A DNA stretch of 64,000 nucleotides from an uncultured Micavibrio sp. (GCA_963977125.1 CAXBNJ010000008.1:4020-68019); one strand, 5' to 3'; positions 45,495 through 55,498 are shown, counted from the first letter of the stretch. Translations and numbers: made by a program. The notes: a model not told the origin generated them from the letters alone.

Positions 45495-47588
45495 TTACTC
45501 TGCTGCGCCTTCTTTATTCTTGCGCTTTGGCTTGCCTTTATCTTTATTGACTATTTTCTTCTTTTTCTTCTTTGGCTTGTCCTGTGGATGACCGCCCGCT
45601 GGGCTAAAGCCTTCACGTGTTTCGCGCTCCATGTCTTTTTTCTTAAACTTGCGCTTCACAGGCGCGCCAAATGGACCGATTTCGCGCGGTGCATCTGCAC
45701 CTTGCTTGTTATCGCGGTTATATTCAGAGGGCTTAGAAGATGGTTTAGACTCTTGGAAACGTCTGCCTTCAGGCTTAGAGCGCCCTTCAGATTTAAAGCC
45801 CCCTTCTGACTTGTTATAGCCACCAGATTTACCGCCATCACGTGAACCGCCATAAGATTTTGACCCCTCTTTTGACCCGCCGTAAGATTTCTTCTTATCG
45901 CCATATTTACCCGCTGGCTTACCACCACCGTTTGAACGACGTGGTGGACGGCTATCTCTGTCGCCACGTGGCGCTCTGCTTTCAGCCGGCGCGGCTGGCA
46001 CGCCTTCCATACGCGTGGCGACAACGTTATCTTCAACTTTGCCGCTTGGTCCGATCATTTCAAAGAATTTATCAACGCATTCTGGTGAAAGTTCAACATG
46101 TGTTTCTTTATCAAGAATGCGGATTGACCCGATTTGGCGCTTAGTCAATTGACCCGCGCTACACATCATCGGCATAATCCAGCGTGGCGCGGCGTTAACG
46201 TCATGCCCAACAGAAAGAGAAACCCACACACCATTTTTGAAGTTTTCTTGCTTCTTCTTCTTTTTATCAGAAGCATCTGCGCCAAGTAAGTCTTCTGGTG
46301 CTGGTTTTTGCGTATTATGCATACGTAATAAAGCTGCGGCAATTTGTTCAACGCCATAACGTTCAACAAGCTCAGCGGCGAAGGCTTTTTCTTCTTCTTT
46401 AACTGGTATGCTCAAGGCTGGGTCAGCCAAGAAGCGCTCACGATCACGCGCCATGACATCGTCAATAGAAGCCGGAGCACTCCAAACCGCATTAACATTG
46501 GCATTTTGGAGCATGCGATCCGTACGTGAACGTTGGTTATAAGGCACGATTAATGCACTTGTACCCTTACGACCGGCGCGGCCTGTACGGCCACTACGGT
46601 GCAATAAAAGGTCTTTGTTTTTTGGTAAATCGGCGTGAATAACCAATTCCAGCCCCGGTAAATCAATACCGCGCGCCGCAACATCTGTCGCAACGCAGAC
46701 TTTAGCGCGACCATCACGCAAAGATTGTAGCGCTTGGCTACGTTCATTTTGGCTCAGCTCACCCGATATGGACACAACCGAAAATCCCCGGTTATTCAAA
46801 CGGCTGGTTAAGTGGTTCACGGCTGCACGCGTACCACAGAACACAATCGCGTTTTTCGCTTCATGAAAGCGCAATGTATTGATGATCGCATTTTCGCGGT
46901 CACTCGGCGCAATAGTTAGCGCCTGATAGTCAATATCAATATGCTGTTCTTTTTCTTCCTTAGTCGTCACACGTACCGCATCTTTTTGATAGCGGCGCGC
47001 CAAAGACAGGATAGATTTCGGCACAGTCGCCGAGAACATCAAAGTACGGCGGCCTTCTGGCGCAGTACCCAAAATATATTCAAGCTCATCACGGAACCCC
47101 ATATCGAGCATTTCATCGGCTTCATCAAGCACAGCGACTTTCAAACCGCTTGTGTCAAAATAACCACGTTCAATATGATCACGCAGGCGCCCTGGCGTAC
47201 CAACAACAATATGGGGGCCTTTTTCCAAGGCGCGGCGCTCAGCGCGTATATCCATACCACCAACGCAAGAAATAACCCCAGCGCCACTAATTTGATACAG
47301 CCATTCCAACTCACGGCGAACTTGCAAAGCCAATTCACGCGTTGGCGCGATCACCAAAGCCAAAGGCTTGGCTGCCTTACCAAAAGATTGTTTGCCTTCA
47401 AATAAAGTCGCAGCCATCGCCAAACCAAAGGCTACGGTCTTACCAGAGCCTGTTTGTGCAGACACTAATAAATCAGCACTCTCAAGGTCATTACCCAAAA
47501 CGGCTTTTTGGACGGGCGTTAATTCTGTGTAGCCGCGCTTAGTTAAAGCTTGGCTCAGCGCAGGATAAACGCCATCAAATTCTGTCAT
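45495..47588 (-). CDS. DEAD-box RNA helicase with DbpA-type RNA-binding domain and Lys/Gly-rich tail
   Basis: AQTGSGKT, PTRELA, VLDEADEM, SAT and HRSGRTGRAG. A DbpA-like segment (WVSLSVGHDVNAAPRWIMPMMCSAGQLTKRQIGSIRI) is followed by ~165 aa of G/K/S/R low complexity. ATG 47588. The track start 47615 is a TTG. Confidence 0.88.
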   Translation of the reverse strand: MTEFDGVYPALSQALTKRGYTELTPVQKAVLGNDLESADLLVSAQTGSGKTVAFGLAMAATLFEGKQSFGKAAKPLALVIAPTRELALQVRRELEWLYQISGAGVISCVGGMDIRAERRALEKGPHIVVGTPGRLRDHIERGYFDTSGLKVAVLDEADEMLDMGFRDELEYILGTAPEGRRTLMFSATVPKSILSLARRYQKDAVRVTTKEEKEQHIDIDYQALTIAPSDRENAIINTLRFHEAKNAIVFCGTRAAVNHLTSRLNNRGFSVVSISGELSQNERSQALQSLRDGRAKVCVATDVAARGIDLPGLELVIHADLPKNKDLLLHRSGRTGRAGRKGTSALIVPYNQRSRTDRMLQNANVNAVWSAPASIDDVMARDRERFLADPALSIPVKEEEKAFAAELVERYGVEQIAAALLRMHNTQKPAPEDLLGADASDKKKKKQENFKNGVWVSLSVGHDVNAAPRWIMPMMCSAGQLTKRQIGSIRILDKETHVELSPECVDKFFEMIGPSGKVEDNVVATRMEGVPAAPAESRAPRGDRDSRPPRRSNGGGKPAGKYGDKKKSYGGSKEGSKSYGGSRDGGKSGGYNKSEGGFKSEGRSKPEGRRFQESKPSSKPSEYNRDNKQGADAPREIGPFGAPVKRKFKKKDMERETREGFSPAGGHPQDKPKKKKKKIVNKDKGKPKRKNKEGAAE

Positions 47589-47920
47589 AATTTTCTCTTT
47601 CGGGGTATGTCCCAAGGGTTTTTAAATCAATTTAAAATACTATGTACAGTGTAAATGCCCAAAGCACAACAACTGCGATGAAAATTGTGGATAATTTTTT
47701 TTAGCGTGAGGTGAGGACTAGACTCACTTTATCGCCGAAAACAGATCCAAAACCAAACGACAAAAGGACCGATCACACCCCTCATTTGCTATATCCCCAC
47801 CATCCCCCTTGCTGCACAGCCATGAATGCCGCATGATAGTGGGGGTATATTATCTATATCATCCCCTCTCTATATATTCTGAAATGTCTTGAAATATGTC
47901 CTGAACGGAGCCCCTTACTT

Positions 47921-49147
47921 ATGAGTATCATCACTATCACCAGTATTTTGGTTACTTTTTGTGCGCTATTTTCTTATATTAATTTTCGCTTTATCAAACT
48001 GCCAACGACGATCGGCATCATGGTTATGGCGCTGATTGCGGCGTCGTTCATTATCATGACACCGTTTTTAGGCATTGATATTTTAGAGTCCGCCCATGAT
48101 ATGATGAATGGCATAGATTTCTCTGAAGCGTTACTGCATGGCATGTTGAGTTTTCTGCTTTTTGCGGGGGCGTTGCATGTTAACTGGGGGCGGCTACGTG
48201 AACAAAAATACATTATTGGTTTTATGGCGTTAATCGGCACCGTGGTTTCAACCGCGTTGGTTGGTTTGATTGTCTATCATTTATTCCCTGTATTGGGCTT
48301 TGATATAGCGCTTATTCATGCGCTGCTCTTTGGCGCGCTGATCTCACCGACTGACCCCATCGCCGTTATGGCGATTTTGAAAAAAGCCGGCGTCGCAAAA
48401 TCATTAGAAACCAAAGTCGTCGGGGAATCATTATTTAACGATGGCATTGCGGTTGTAATCTTCATTGCGCTATTAGGCGTTGCGGCGCATGGCGAAGTCA
48501 GCGCCCCGCATATTGCGCTATTATTCGTCGAAGAAGCCCTTGGCGGCGCGCTGATCGGTGGCGTGCTTGGTTACATTGCTTTTTTAATGCTGCGTAGCGT
48601 TGATAATTACCAAGTCGAAATCTTCCTTACCCTTGCTTTGGTGATGGGCGGCTATGAACTTGCCAGATTCCTGCATACATCAGGGCCAATCGCCATGGTC
48701 GTGGCGGGGCTAATTGTTGGTAATGTCGGGCGCAGCCATGCTATGTCAGCGCATACCAAAGAAAACCTCGATAATTTTTGGGAGCTTATTGATGAATTTC
48801 TTAATGCGATTTTATTCTTACTTCTTGGCTTTAGCTTGCTGATTATCGAATTTGATAAAACCGCGCTTCAGGCAGGGCTTGTGATGATCCCGATTTTACT
48901 CTCTGTGCGCTATCTCTCCGTCGTGATTCCCATCACCTTCCTCAAACAATTCCGCAGCTTCAGCCCGGGCGCTGTGAATATGCTGACATGGGGCGGCCTG
49001 CGCGGCGGTATATCCGTAGCGCTTGTTTTATCGCTGCCTGCCAGTGAAGTGCGTGACTTCCTTTTGCTCGTCACCTATTGCATTGTGATGTTCTCGATCA
49101 TCATACAAGGTTTAAGCATTGGTAAATTAGCGCGGCATTATCAGTAA
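47921..49147 (+). CDS. Na+/H+ (cation:proton) antiporter, CPA1/NhaP-type
   Basis: About 12 TM helices with the signature LLFGALISPTDPIAV. 408 aa. Confidence 0.85.
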   Translation: MSIITITSILVTFCALFSYINFRFIKLPTTIGIMVMALIAASFIIMTPFLGIDILESAHDMMNGIDFSEALLHGMLSFLLFAGALHVNWGRLREQKYIIGFMALIGTVVSTALVGLIVYHLFPVLGFDIALIHALLFGALISPTDPIAVMAILKKAGVAKSLETKVVGESLFNDGIAVVIFIALLGVAAHGEVSAPHIALLFVEEALGGALIGGVLGYIAFLMLRSVDNYQVEIFLTLALVMGGYELARFLHTSGPIAMVVAGLIVGNVGRSHAMSAHTKENLDNFWELIDEFLNAILFLLLGFSLLIIEFDKTALQAGLVMIPILLSVRYLSVVIPITFLKQFRSFSPGAVNMLTWGGLRGGISVALVLSLPASEVRDFLLLVTYCIVMFSIIIQGLSIGKLARHYQ

Positions 49148-49273
49148 AGCCGGTCAAATACTCCATTTGGGCCGCCACACAACCGCATGAAAGCGGCGCC
49201 ATAATTGACCCAGCCTCACTACGGCGTATACTTAAATTATGCGCTCTAAGACACAATAAAACAGGAGAAATTC

Positions 49274-49666
49274 ATGGAATACGCAATCGCTTTAATGACC
49301 GGGCTGACTTTATTTATAATAGGGCTTTCTTGCACCTTGCGTGCAAAAGACTGGTCCGCGTGGCTTGGAACCCTCCGTGGCAAAGAATCCTTTCATGCCC
49401 TGCCCATTGGCGCATTTGAAGTCGCTTTTTGCGCACTTTTATTATCCCTACACCAAGTGTGGAGCGGTCCTTTTGTGCTTGTCTCGTTAATTTGGTTTCT
49501 CGGTATAATTGAAGGCACGCTCTATTTATTATACCCCGCAGCTTTAAGCAAAGTTATTGGCTTATTCATGCCCAATTGTTTAAAAATATTACCCGTCTTC
49601 GGTATAATAATCACAGCTTTAGGGGGATTCATTTTATATCAATCCTGGCTTATCGGAGCGATATAA
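49274..49666 (+). CDS. hypothetical 4-TM membrane protein
   Basis: 130-aa hydrophobic ORF with a GGAGA RBS. Its 3' end overlaps the convergent ORF 49639-50001 by 28 nt. Confidence 0.5.
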   Translation: MEYAIALMTGLTLFIIGLSCTLRAKDWSAWLGTLRGKESFHALPIGAFEVAFCALLLSLHQVWSGPFVLVSLIWFLGIIEGTLYLLYPAALSKVIGLFMPNCLKILPVFGIIITALGGFILYQSWLIGAI

Positions 49667-50001
49667 GCTGATGATGAACTATCTAGATTTTCGCTAATCG
49701 CCTCAAGCGGTATGCTGAGCCTCTGGCTGACTATATCTAACGGCAATGGGGAGTCTTTCACCAGATAACCGTTATTCAGCAAAAACACCAGATATTGCTT
49801 ATTATAAACCACCATTTGCAATAAAGCCGATAAGCCTAATGTCAGGATAAATGCCAAAAGCCAAAAAAGCGCCGCGGAATAATGCCCACGGAAAAGCGGG
49901 ACCAGAGGCCCCAATAAAGCCGAACTCAAAGAAAGCCCAATCGGCGCTTTTTTATACTCATCAAAGCTCGGATATTGCATCATTAGCGTGGTGTAGGCCA
50001 T
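49639..50001 (-). CDS. hypothetical 2-TM membrane protein
   Basis: 120 aa with two hydrophobic helices (LSSALLGPLVPLF, FWLLAFILTLGLSALLQMVV). Confidence 0.45.
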   Translation of the reverse strand: MAYTTLMMQYPSFDEYKKAPIGLSLSSALLGPLVPLFRGHYSAALFWLLAFILTLGLSALLQMVVYNKQYLVFLLNNGYLVKDSPLPLDIVSQRLSIPLEAISENLDSSSSAYIAPISQD

Positions 50002-50288
50002 ATTGAGGGTCTTTCATGGGTCGGGGAATGTTGTAAGGTTTCCAATTTATACCGCCTTAAAGAAGGTAATGACGCTTAATAGATCCAATTCAGCCGTTCC
50101 ATCATACGAAGAAAAGCTATATCTTGCAAATGTGTCTCACTTTCTTATGGCTTATTGGTTTTACAAAAACGGCACAATGTTCTTACTAAAAGAACTAAAA
50201 AAGTTCATTATAGGGATTCACAACTTGAAATATTTGTGATTCAATACATTTGGTAACAAAAGTATTAACTAAATTTTCATGTTTTGCA

Positions 50289-50316
50289 TTGACACTTAAC
50301 ATATTATCTATATACA
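50289..50316 (+). promoter_or_regulatory. sigma70-like promoter of the Panacea pair
   Basis: TTGACA (50289-50294), 16 nt, TATACA (50311-50316), 37 nt upstream of ATG 50353. Confidence 0.45.
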
Positions 50317-50352
50317 GCCATAGGTTTATCAATGTTGAGTTAGGATAACACA

Positions 50353-50799
50353 ATGATAAAAGTACTGAGTGTAGCATCATATATATTAGAGAACTTCGGG
50401 CCCATGACAGCGATGAAGCTTCAAAAGCTTGTGTACTATTCGCAAGCTTGGCATTGTGTCTGGGAAGAGGCAGATCTCTTTGATAGTGAAATACAAGCGT
50501 GGGCAAACGGACCTGTAATTATAGACCTATATAAACACCACGCGGGAGAATTTATGCTCTCACCAGATAAACTCTCAGGCACTGATTATCCAGATTTATC
50601 ATCAGCGGAAACGGAAAGTATAAACGCTGTTTGTGAACACTACAGTAAGTTCACAGCCCAACAGCTTAGTGACAAAACCCATAATGAGGCTCCTTGGATA
50701 AAAGCTAGAGAAGGGCTTGAGGATGGAGATCGCTCTGCTGCCCCAATAACATTGGCATCCATGCACCAGTATTATAGCGGGCTATCTAGTGTATCTTAA
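50353..50799 (+). CDS. Panacea-domain (DUF4065, SocA-like) antitoxin candidate
   Basis: Diagnostic N-terminal pattern MTAMKLQKLVYYSQAW.....ADLFDSEIQAWANGPVIIDLY. 148 aa. Confidence 0.8.
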   Translation: MIKVLSVASYILENFGPMTAMKLQKLVYYSQAWHCVWEEADLFDSEIQAWANGPVIIDLYKHHAGEFMLSPDKLSGTDYPDLSSAETESINAVCEHYSKFTAQQLSDKTHNEAPWIKAREGLEDGDRSAAPITLASMHQYYSGLSSVS

Positions 50800-50827
50800 T
50801 ACGTACAAGTGCTGAGAGGCCCTTCCT

Positions 50828-51304
50828 ATGCGGAAATCTAGTAAAAAAAGCAAAAAAAAGAGAATCATAGATAATCGACCTGCTTCTAATGAGAAAACAG
50901 TACATGACCGCAGCGAAGCCACCAACTATAAAAACAGATACGTAAAATTCTCCACTCTGCACCACGACAAAGACGGTGAGTGGGGGTGGGAGAGCATATG
51001 CGGACACACGTTCCTCAAAGACCTGTTTGACAAAATATATAATGATTACAGCTCTATGAAATATTCAGAACTAATAGATCCCAAAAAAAACTCTCATGCC
51101 GTGTCATTCGATGCTAAAGGCTTACATAAAAATGCAATTAAAAGATTATCAGATCTGAAACTAATTGATCATTTTGATGAACTCATTACCATTAGGGTTA
51201 CAGGAAAAAAGAGATTGTGGTGCCTGCATAATGAGCATGTACTTCATATGCTTTGGTGGGATCCTGACCATAAAATATACCCATCACACAAGAAAAACAC
51301 ATAA
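50828..51304 (+). CDS. unrecognised 158-aa basic protein; putative Panacea-associated toxin
   Basis: Starts 28 nt after the Panacea gene with a GAGAGG RBS. Lys-rich N-terminus, and a C-terminus ITIRVTGKKRLWCLHNEHVLHMLWWDPDHKIYPS. No family recognised with confidence. Confidence 0.6.
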   Translation: MRKSSKKSKKKRIIDNRPASNEKTVHDRSEATNYKNRYVKFSTLHHDKDGEWGWESICGHTFLKDLFDKIYNDYSSMKYSELIDPKKNSHAVSFDAKGLHKNAIKRLSDLKLIDHFDELITIRVTGKKRLWCLHNEHVLHMLWWDPDHKIYPSHKKNT

Positions 51305-51318
51305 GCAGTATAATTAAA

Positions 51319-51408
51319 TGGCGGAGACGGTGGGATTCGAACCCACGTAGGGTGTGAACCCTAACACGCTTTCCAAGCGTGCGCCTTAAGCCACTCGGCC
51401 ACGTCTCC
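51319..51408 (-). tRNA. tRNA-Ser (anticodon GGA), CCA encoded
   Basis: Folded by hand. Acceptor GGAGACG/CGTCTCC, anticodon stem CACGC/GCGTG with loop TTGGAAA, an 18-nt variable arm, T arm GTGGG-TTCGAAT-CCCAC, discriminator G, and CCA. 90 nt. Confidence 0.92.
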
Positions 51409-51601
51409 GTTTATAGTCATCGGCTAGTTTGAGGGCGTAAATTAACCTGTCTTTTGGACAAAGGCAAGTCTTAACTTACCCCGCTTTCTTATATGACCAT
51501 CACAGCATAAGAACATTCTAATATTTACCCTTGTTTAATATATTAGTGTTATTGTATATAGTATAGTTCATCCATAACGGGGGTAGATATAGGGTTTTAT
51601 A

Positions 51602-52009
51602 ATGAAGTTTTTTGTTTATTTTATTTTCGCAATTTCGCCGCTCGTTGCGACTATTCTTCATGATGTCCTTATGGATCACGGTAAAGCGTCTCTGTTCTTA
51701 CCTTTGGGCTATTATATTTACAATTACCTACCCGATTTTTTCAACATCATACGCTCAACATTTATTGATAGTGACTTGCGCGTCTTTGTCTCTATTTTAA
51801 TGAAAACGCCTCTCCTCGTCTATTCTGGGCTGTTCTCGCTAAGTGTTAGCGGGTTTCTTGTTCATTGCTATTTGAACAATAGTGGCCCTTTTAGAGATTA
51901 CCTTGAGGGCATTCCGCAGCTTGAAAAAAAGTGGCTGACCAAAGACAAGCTCAATGCTCGTTTCAGCGGCACAAAAACACCCCCTGCCAAAAATACCCAA
52001 AAAAAATGA
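51602..52009 (+). CDS. hypothetical 4-TM membrane protein
   Basis: 135-aa hydrophobic ORF with a basic C-terminal tail. Confidence 0.45.
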   Translation: MKFFVYFIFAISPLVATILHDVLMDHGKASLFLPLGYYIYNYLPDFFNIIRSTFIDSDLRVFVSILMKTPLLVYSGLFSLSVSGFLVHCYLNNSGPFRDYLEGIPQLEKKWLTKDKLNARFSGTKTPPAKNTQKK

Positions 52010-52012
52010 TCG

Positions 52013-52789
52013 TTAAGACATTGGCGGCGTGTTAATCGCTGCGTTTAGGTGATTAACCGCTTTATCAAGCCGTATTAAATCTTGCGGGCGCGACACATTA
52101 TGCGCAGCGTCTTTTATCAACTCAATAATCACATTTTGCCCCGTAATATGGGCGCTTATTTTCTGGGCTGTTTGCCAAGGCACTTCTGCATCACATTGCC
52201 CTTGAACTAAGTAAACAGGGCAATTGATAGCAAGCTTATCAGCGCTGTTCAGCACGCAATGCGCCGCGCCATCATCAAGCAGAGCTTGAGTAAAAATATA
52301 CGGATCATCCGAATAATCATTAGGCACAGCCAAAAAACCTTGCTGCTTAAATTCTTGTTGCTGCGCGGGGGAAAAACGGGTAAATAAATCTATTGTGAAA
52401 TCAGGGGCGGCGGCAATGCCCAAAAACCCAGCAATACGCTCAGGGCGCGCACGCGCGCAAAGCAGCGCGATCCAACCGCCCATAGATGACCCTGCAATTA
52501 AAACGGGCCCTGTAATCACTTCATCTATAATTGTTAACGCATCCGCGCACCACAGCCCTATCGTGCCGTCTTCAAATCGGCCTTCGGATAGGCCGTGACC
52601 GCTATAGTCAAACCGCACATAGCTTTGACCGCGAAGCTTGGCTTGCTGTTCTAAATACACCGCTTTACTGCCCATCATATCGGACTTAAAGCCCCCACAA
52701 AACAATAGGGTTGGCAAATCAGTCGTACCTTGATAATAAAAATACGCAAGCTTCTGGCCTTTTGCATTGGCAATCTTACTGTAGCTCAT
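52013..52789 (-). CDS. alpha/beta-fold hydrolase
   Basis: Nucleophile elbow GSSMGG, with Asp and His downstream (QGQCDAEVP, AAHNV). 258 aa. Confidence 0.75.
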   Translation of the reverse strand: MSYSKIANAKGQKLAYFYYQGTTDLPTLLFCGGFKSDMMGSKAVYLEQQAKLRGQSYVRFDYSGHGLSEGRFEDGTIGLWCADALTIIDEVITGPVLIAGSSMGGWIALLCARARPERIAGFLGIAAAPDFTIDLFTRFSPAQQQEFKQQGFLAVPNDYSDDPYIFTQALLDDGAAHCVLNSADKLAINCPVYLVQGQCDAEVPWQTAQKISAHITGQNVIIELIKDAAHNVSRPQDLIRLDKAVNHLNAAINTPPMS

Positions 52790-52910
52790 GCTATATATGT
52801 CCTATAAAAAGTTATGGTGGTTAGACGGTGAATCACTTGACCGATTAAGCCTAAACGGCAAGTCTCTAGAGTATGACAAAAAACACAACAATGATAAAGA
52901 CGCTTATACA

Positions 52911-54131
52911 ATGAATCATAGCCTGCCAATAGAAACCAGCGCAACACCAGCGAGCAAACAGCCCGTTATTTTGCAAATCATACCAGAGCTTAGCGCCGGC
53001 GGCGCGGAGCAAGGCTGTATTGATGTTGCCAACGCTATCCAAAGCGCTGGCGGACAAGCTATTGTTTCATCCAATGGCGGTAACCGCACGCATGAAATTA
53101 CGCGCCATAATGTCATTCATATTGATCTGCCCGTCCATAGCAAGAATCCGTTAATTTTATGGCGTAATATTGGACGCATTAAAAAAATTATTCGTCAATA
53201 TGATGTCGACATAGTGCATGTACGCTCGCGCGCCCCTGCATGGAGCGCCTATAGAGCTTGCAAAAAAACGCCCGCAAGATTTATGACGACGTGCCATGCC
53301 CCGTATAATTACCATTCTAAACTTAAAAAATTCTATAACTCAGCCATGGCAAAAGGTGAGCGCGTTATCGCGATATCTGAACATGTCTATGAGTATTTGA
53401 AATCCGGTTACAACGCCCCAGAACAACGCTTACGCCTTATTCATCGCGGTATCCCGATTGAAAAATTCCACCCGACCGTTGTCTCCCCTGAGCGCATGAT
53501 TACCTTGAATAATAACTGGCGCATTCCTGAAAGCGCGGCCGTTATTTTGCTGCCTGGTCGCCTAACACGCTGGAAAGGCCAAAAAGTCTTGATTGAGGCT
53601 ATGGCGCAGATACAAAATAAAGATGTCTATGCCGTGCTCATAGGCTCAGATCAAGGCCGTACAGAATACCGCAAAGAATTAGAAGACTTAATGAACGAAA
53701 AGGGCTTATCAGCGCAAGTTCGTATTGTTGACCATTGCAATGATATGCCAGCAGCTTACATGCTCTCAACGGTGGTTGTATCAGCGTCAACCGACCCAGA
53801 AGGCTTTGGCCGCATCCCTGTGGAGGCACAAGCCATGGGCCGTCCGATTATCGGTACAGACCACGGCGGTGCGCGCGAAACAATCTTACGCGGCGAGACG
53901 GGCTGGCTTATTCCCCCTAATGACCCAACCGCTTTGGCTGGCGCAATTAAAGAGGCATTATCATTAACCAACGCACAGCGCGCTGTTTTAGCCACCCGCG
54001 CCATGACCCACGTCATGCAAAAATTCACCAAAGAAATCATGACGGAGAAAACCTTAAGCGTGTATGCAGAACTGCTTGCTGAGAAAAACACGCCGCTAAG
54101 TGATACTCCGCCGCATTCCAAAATAGCTTAA
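52911..54131 (+). CDS. GT4-family glycosyltransferase (LPS-core type)
   Basis: N-terminal ELSAGGAEQG, and a C-terminal EX7E region PEGFGRIPVEAQAMGRPIIGTDHGGARE. ATG 52911 preferred. The track start 52788 overlaps the divergent hydrolase gene. Confidence 0.8.
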   Translation: MNHSLPIETSATPASKQPVILQIIPELSAGGAEQGCIDVANAIQSAGGQAIVSSNGGNRTHEITRHNVIHIDLPVHSKNPLILWRNIGRIKKIIRQYDVDIVHVRSRAPAWSAYRACKKTPARFMTTCHAPYNYHSKLKKFYNSAMAKGERVIAISEHVYEYLKSGYNAPEQRLRLIHRGIPIEKFHPTVVSPERMITLNNNWRIPESAAVILLPGRLTRWKGQKVLIEAMAQIQNKDVYAVLIGSDQGRTEYRKELEDLMNEKGLSAQVRIVDHCNDMPAAYMLSTVVVSASTDPEGFGRIPVEAQAMGRPIIGTDHGGARETILRGETGWLIPPNDPTALAGAIKEALSLTNAQRAVLATRAMTHVMQKFTKEIMTEKTLSVYAELLAEKNTPLSDTPPHSKIA

Positions 54132-54145
54132 AAGCAAAGCCAATC

Positions 54146-55114
54146 ATGACCACTACAGAAAATATTTTAGTTGTAAAACTCTCCGCGCTTGGTGATTTCA
54201 TTCAAGCCCTCGGCCCGATGAAAGCTATTCGTCAACATCACCCCGATGCGCATATCACCTTAATGACCACCAAGGCTTTTGCTGGATTTGGTAAAGATTG
54301 CGGCTATTTTGATGAAATATGGATCGATGAAAAGCCCAAATGGTATAATTTTACCGATTGGGTGGATTTATCACGCCGTTTAAATCTGGCGAATTTCGCA
54401 CGGGTGTATGACTTACAAAATAACGACCGTACGCGTATGTATTTTAAATTTCTTCGTGGCCCTAATCGCCCCGAATGGGTTGGAACGGCTAAAAAAGGCT
54501 CCCATTACAATGGCTCGAGTAAGCGCACCCAAGGCACCGCTTTTGCTGGACATGCACAAACCTTGGCTTTAGCTGGTATTAACAATGTCAGCATAGATAA
54601 ACTTGAATGGATGGACACGGACCTTTCCCTCTTCCCCATAGAAAGCCCTTATGCGCTTATTGTTGCAGGCTGTGCGCCTTCGCGCCCTAATAAACGCTGG
54701 CCAATTGAGAATTTTGTTAAAATCGCAAAAAAACTGACTGATCACAATATTCAGCCTGTGTTAATTGGATCAGAAAGCGAAAAAGATATAAATGCGGCGA
54801 TAAAATCAGAATGTGCACAGGCGTTAGATTTAACCGCTCGTACAAATTTGACACAAATTGGCTGCCTTGCACGCGATGCCGTATTAAGCGTCTGCAATGA
54901 CACTGGCCCCGCGCATATTATCGGCGTTACCGGCTGCCCTTGTTATGTCGCCTTTAGCTCTAAAGAGTCCAATCCGCACAAACATGCGCCATTAGGCGAA
55001 AATATTTATAAATTTGTAGCTGAAGATATCGCCGATATACATAGCGCCGATATTTGGGAAAGTATTAGCAATCAAATAAACCCAAAGACAGCAAAAACCA
55101 AAACAACAAAATAA
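54146..55114 (+). CDS. GT9-family glycosyltransferase (heptosyltransferase-like)
   Basis: N-terminal ILVVKLSALGDFIQALGPMKAIR and C-terminal CNDTGPAHI. Confidence 0.8.
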   Translation: MTTTENILVVKLSALGDFIQALGPMKAIRQHHPDAHITLMTTKAFAGFGKDCGYFDEIWIDEKPKWYNFTDWVDLSRRLNLANFARVYDLQNNDRTRMYFKFLRGPNRPEWVGTAKKGSHYNGSSKRTQGTAFAGHAQTLALAGINNVSIDKLEWMDTDLSLFPIESPYALIVAGCAPSRPNKRWPIENFVKIAKKLTDHNIQPVLIGSESEKDINAAIKSECAQALDLTARTNLTQIGCLARDAVLSVCNDTGPAHIIGVTGCPCYVAFSSKESNPHKHAPLGENIYKFVAEDIADIHSADIWESISNQINPKTAKTKTTK

Positions 55115-55144
55115 AAGCCCTGCCTAATGGATTAGCGCGCTATT

Positions 55145-55498
55145 TTAGCTGGCTGTTTCATTGTGTTGAGCATTTGCGCTTGCCTCATAATATTCAAGGC
55201 CGCCTTGTGGCGCATAAATATCATATAAGCATTTAAGCATCGCCTTGACTGCTTTATCATCCAAACGATAATAAATTGTTTGCGCTTCGCGACGCGTTAC
55301 GACTAATTTATCGCGGCGTAAACGTGCTAAATGTTGTGATAATGCTGATTGTGACAAGCCGACAATATCTTCGAGTTGCCCGACACATTTTTCGCCCTTA
55401 TAAAGAGCGCACATGATTATTAATCTGCGTTCGTTTGAAAGTGCCTTGAGAAGGCCAACTGCGACCTCCGCATTTTTTTCTATTTCTTGAATGTCCAT
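55145..55498 (-). CDS. ArsR/SmtB-family transcriptional regulator
   Basis: wHTH blocks LKALSNERRLIIMCAL...EKCVGQLEDIVGLSQSALSQHLARLR. 117 aa. Confidence 0.85.
   Translation of the reverse strand: MDIQEIEKNAEVAVGLLKALSNERRLIIMCALYKGEKCVGQLEDIVGLSQSALSQHLARLRRDKLVVTRREAQTIYYRLDDKAVKAMLKCLYDIYAPQGGLEYYEASANAQHNETAS

Noticed and set aside
50213-50226. GGGATTCACAACTT as a possible attachment-site copy of the tRNA-Ser T-arm (GGGATTCGAACCC).
   Set aside because: Only 7 contiguous matching bases, which is too short to call a direct repeat. The island boundary therefore remains undefined.
50003-50506. ORFs 50003-50239 (+) and 50195-50506 (-) in the AT-rich spacer before the Panacea gene.
   Set aside because: They have non-ATG or context-less starts and no RBS. 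The minus ORF runs through the predicted promoter and 5' end of the Panacea gene. They are probably chance ORFs in AT-rich DNA, though a degraded island gene cannot be excluded.
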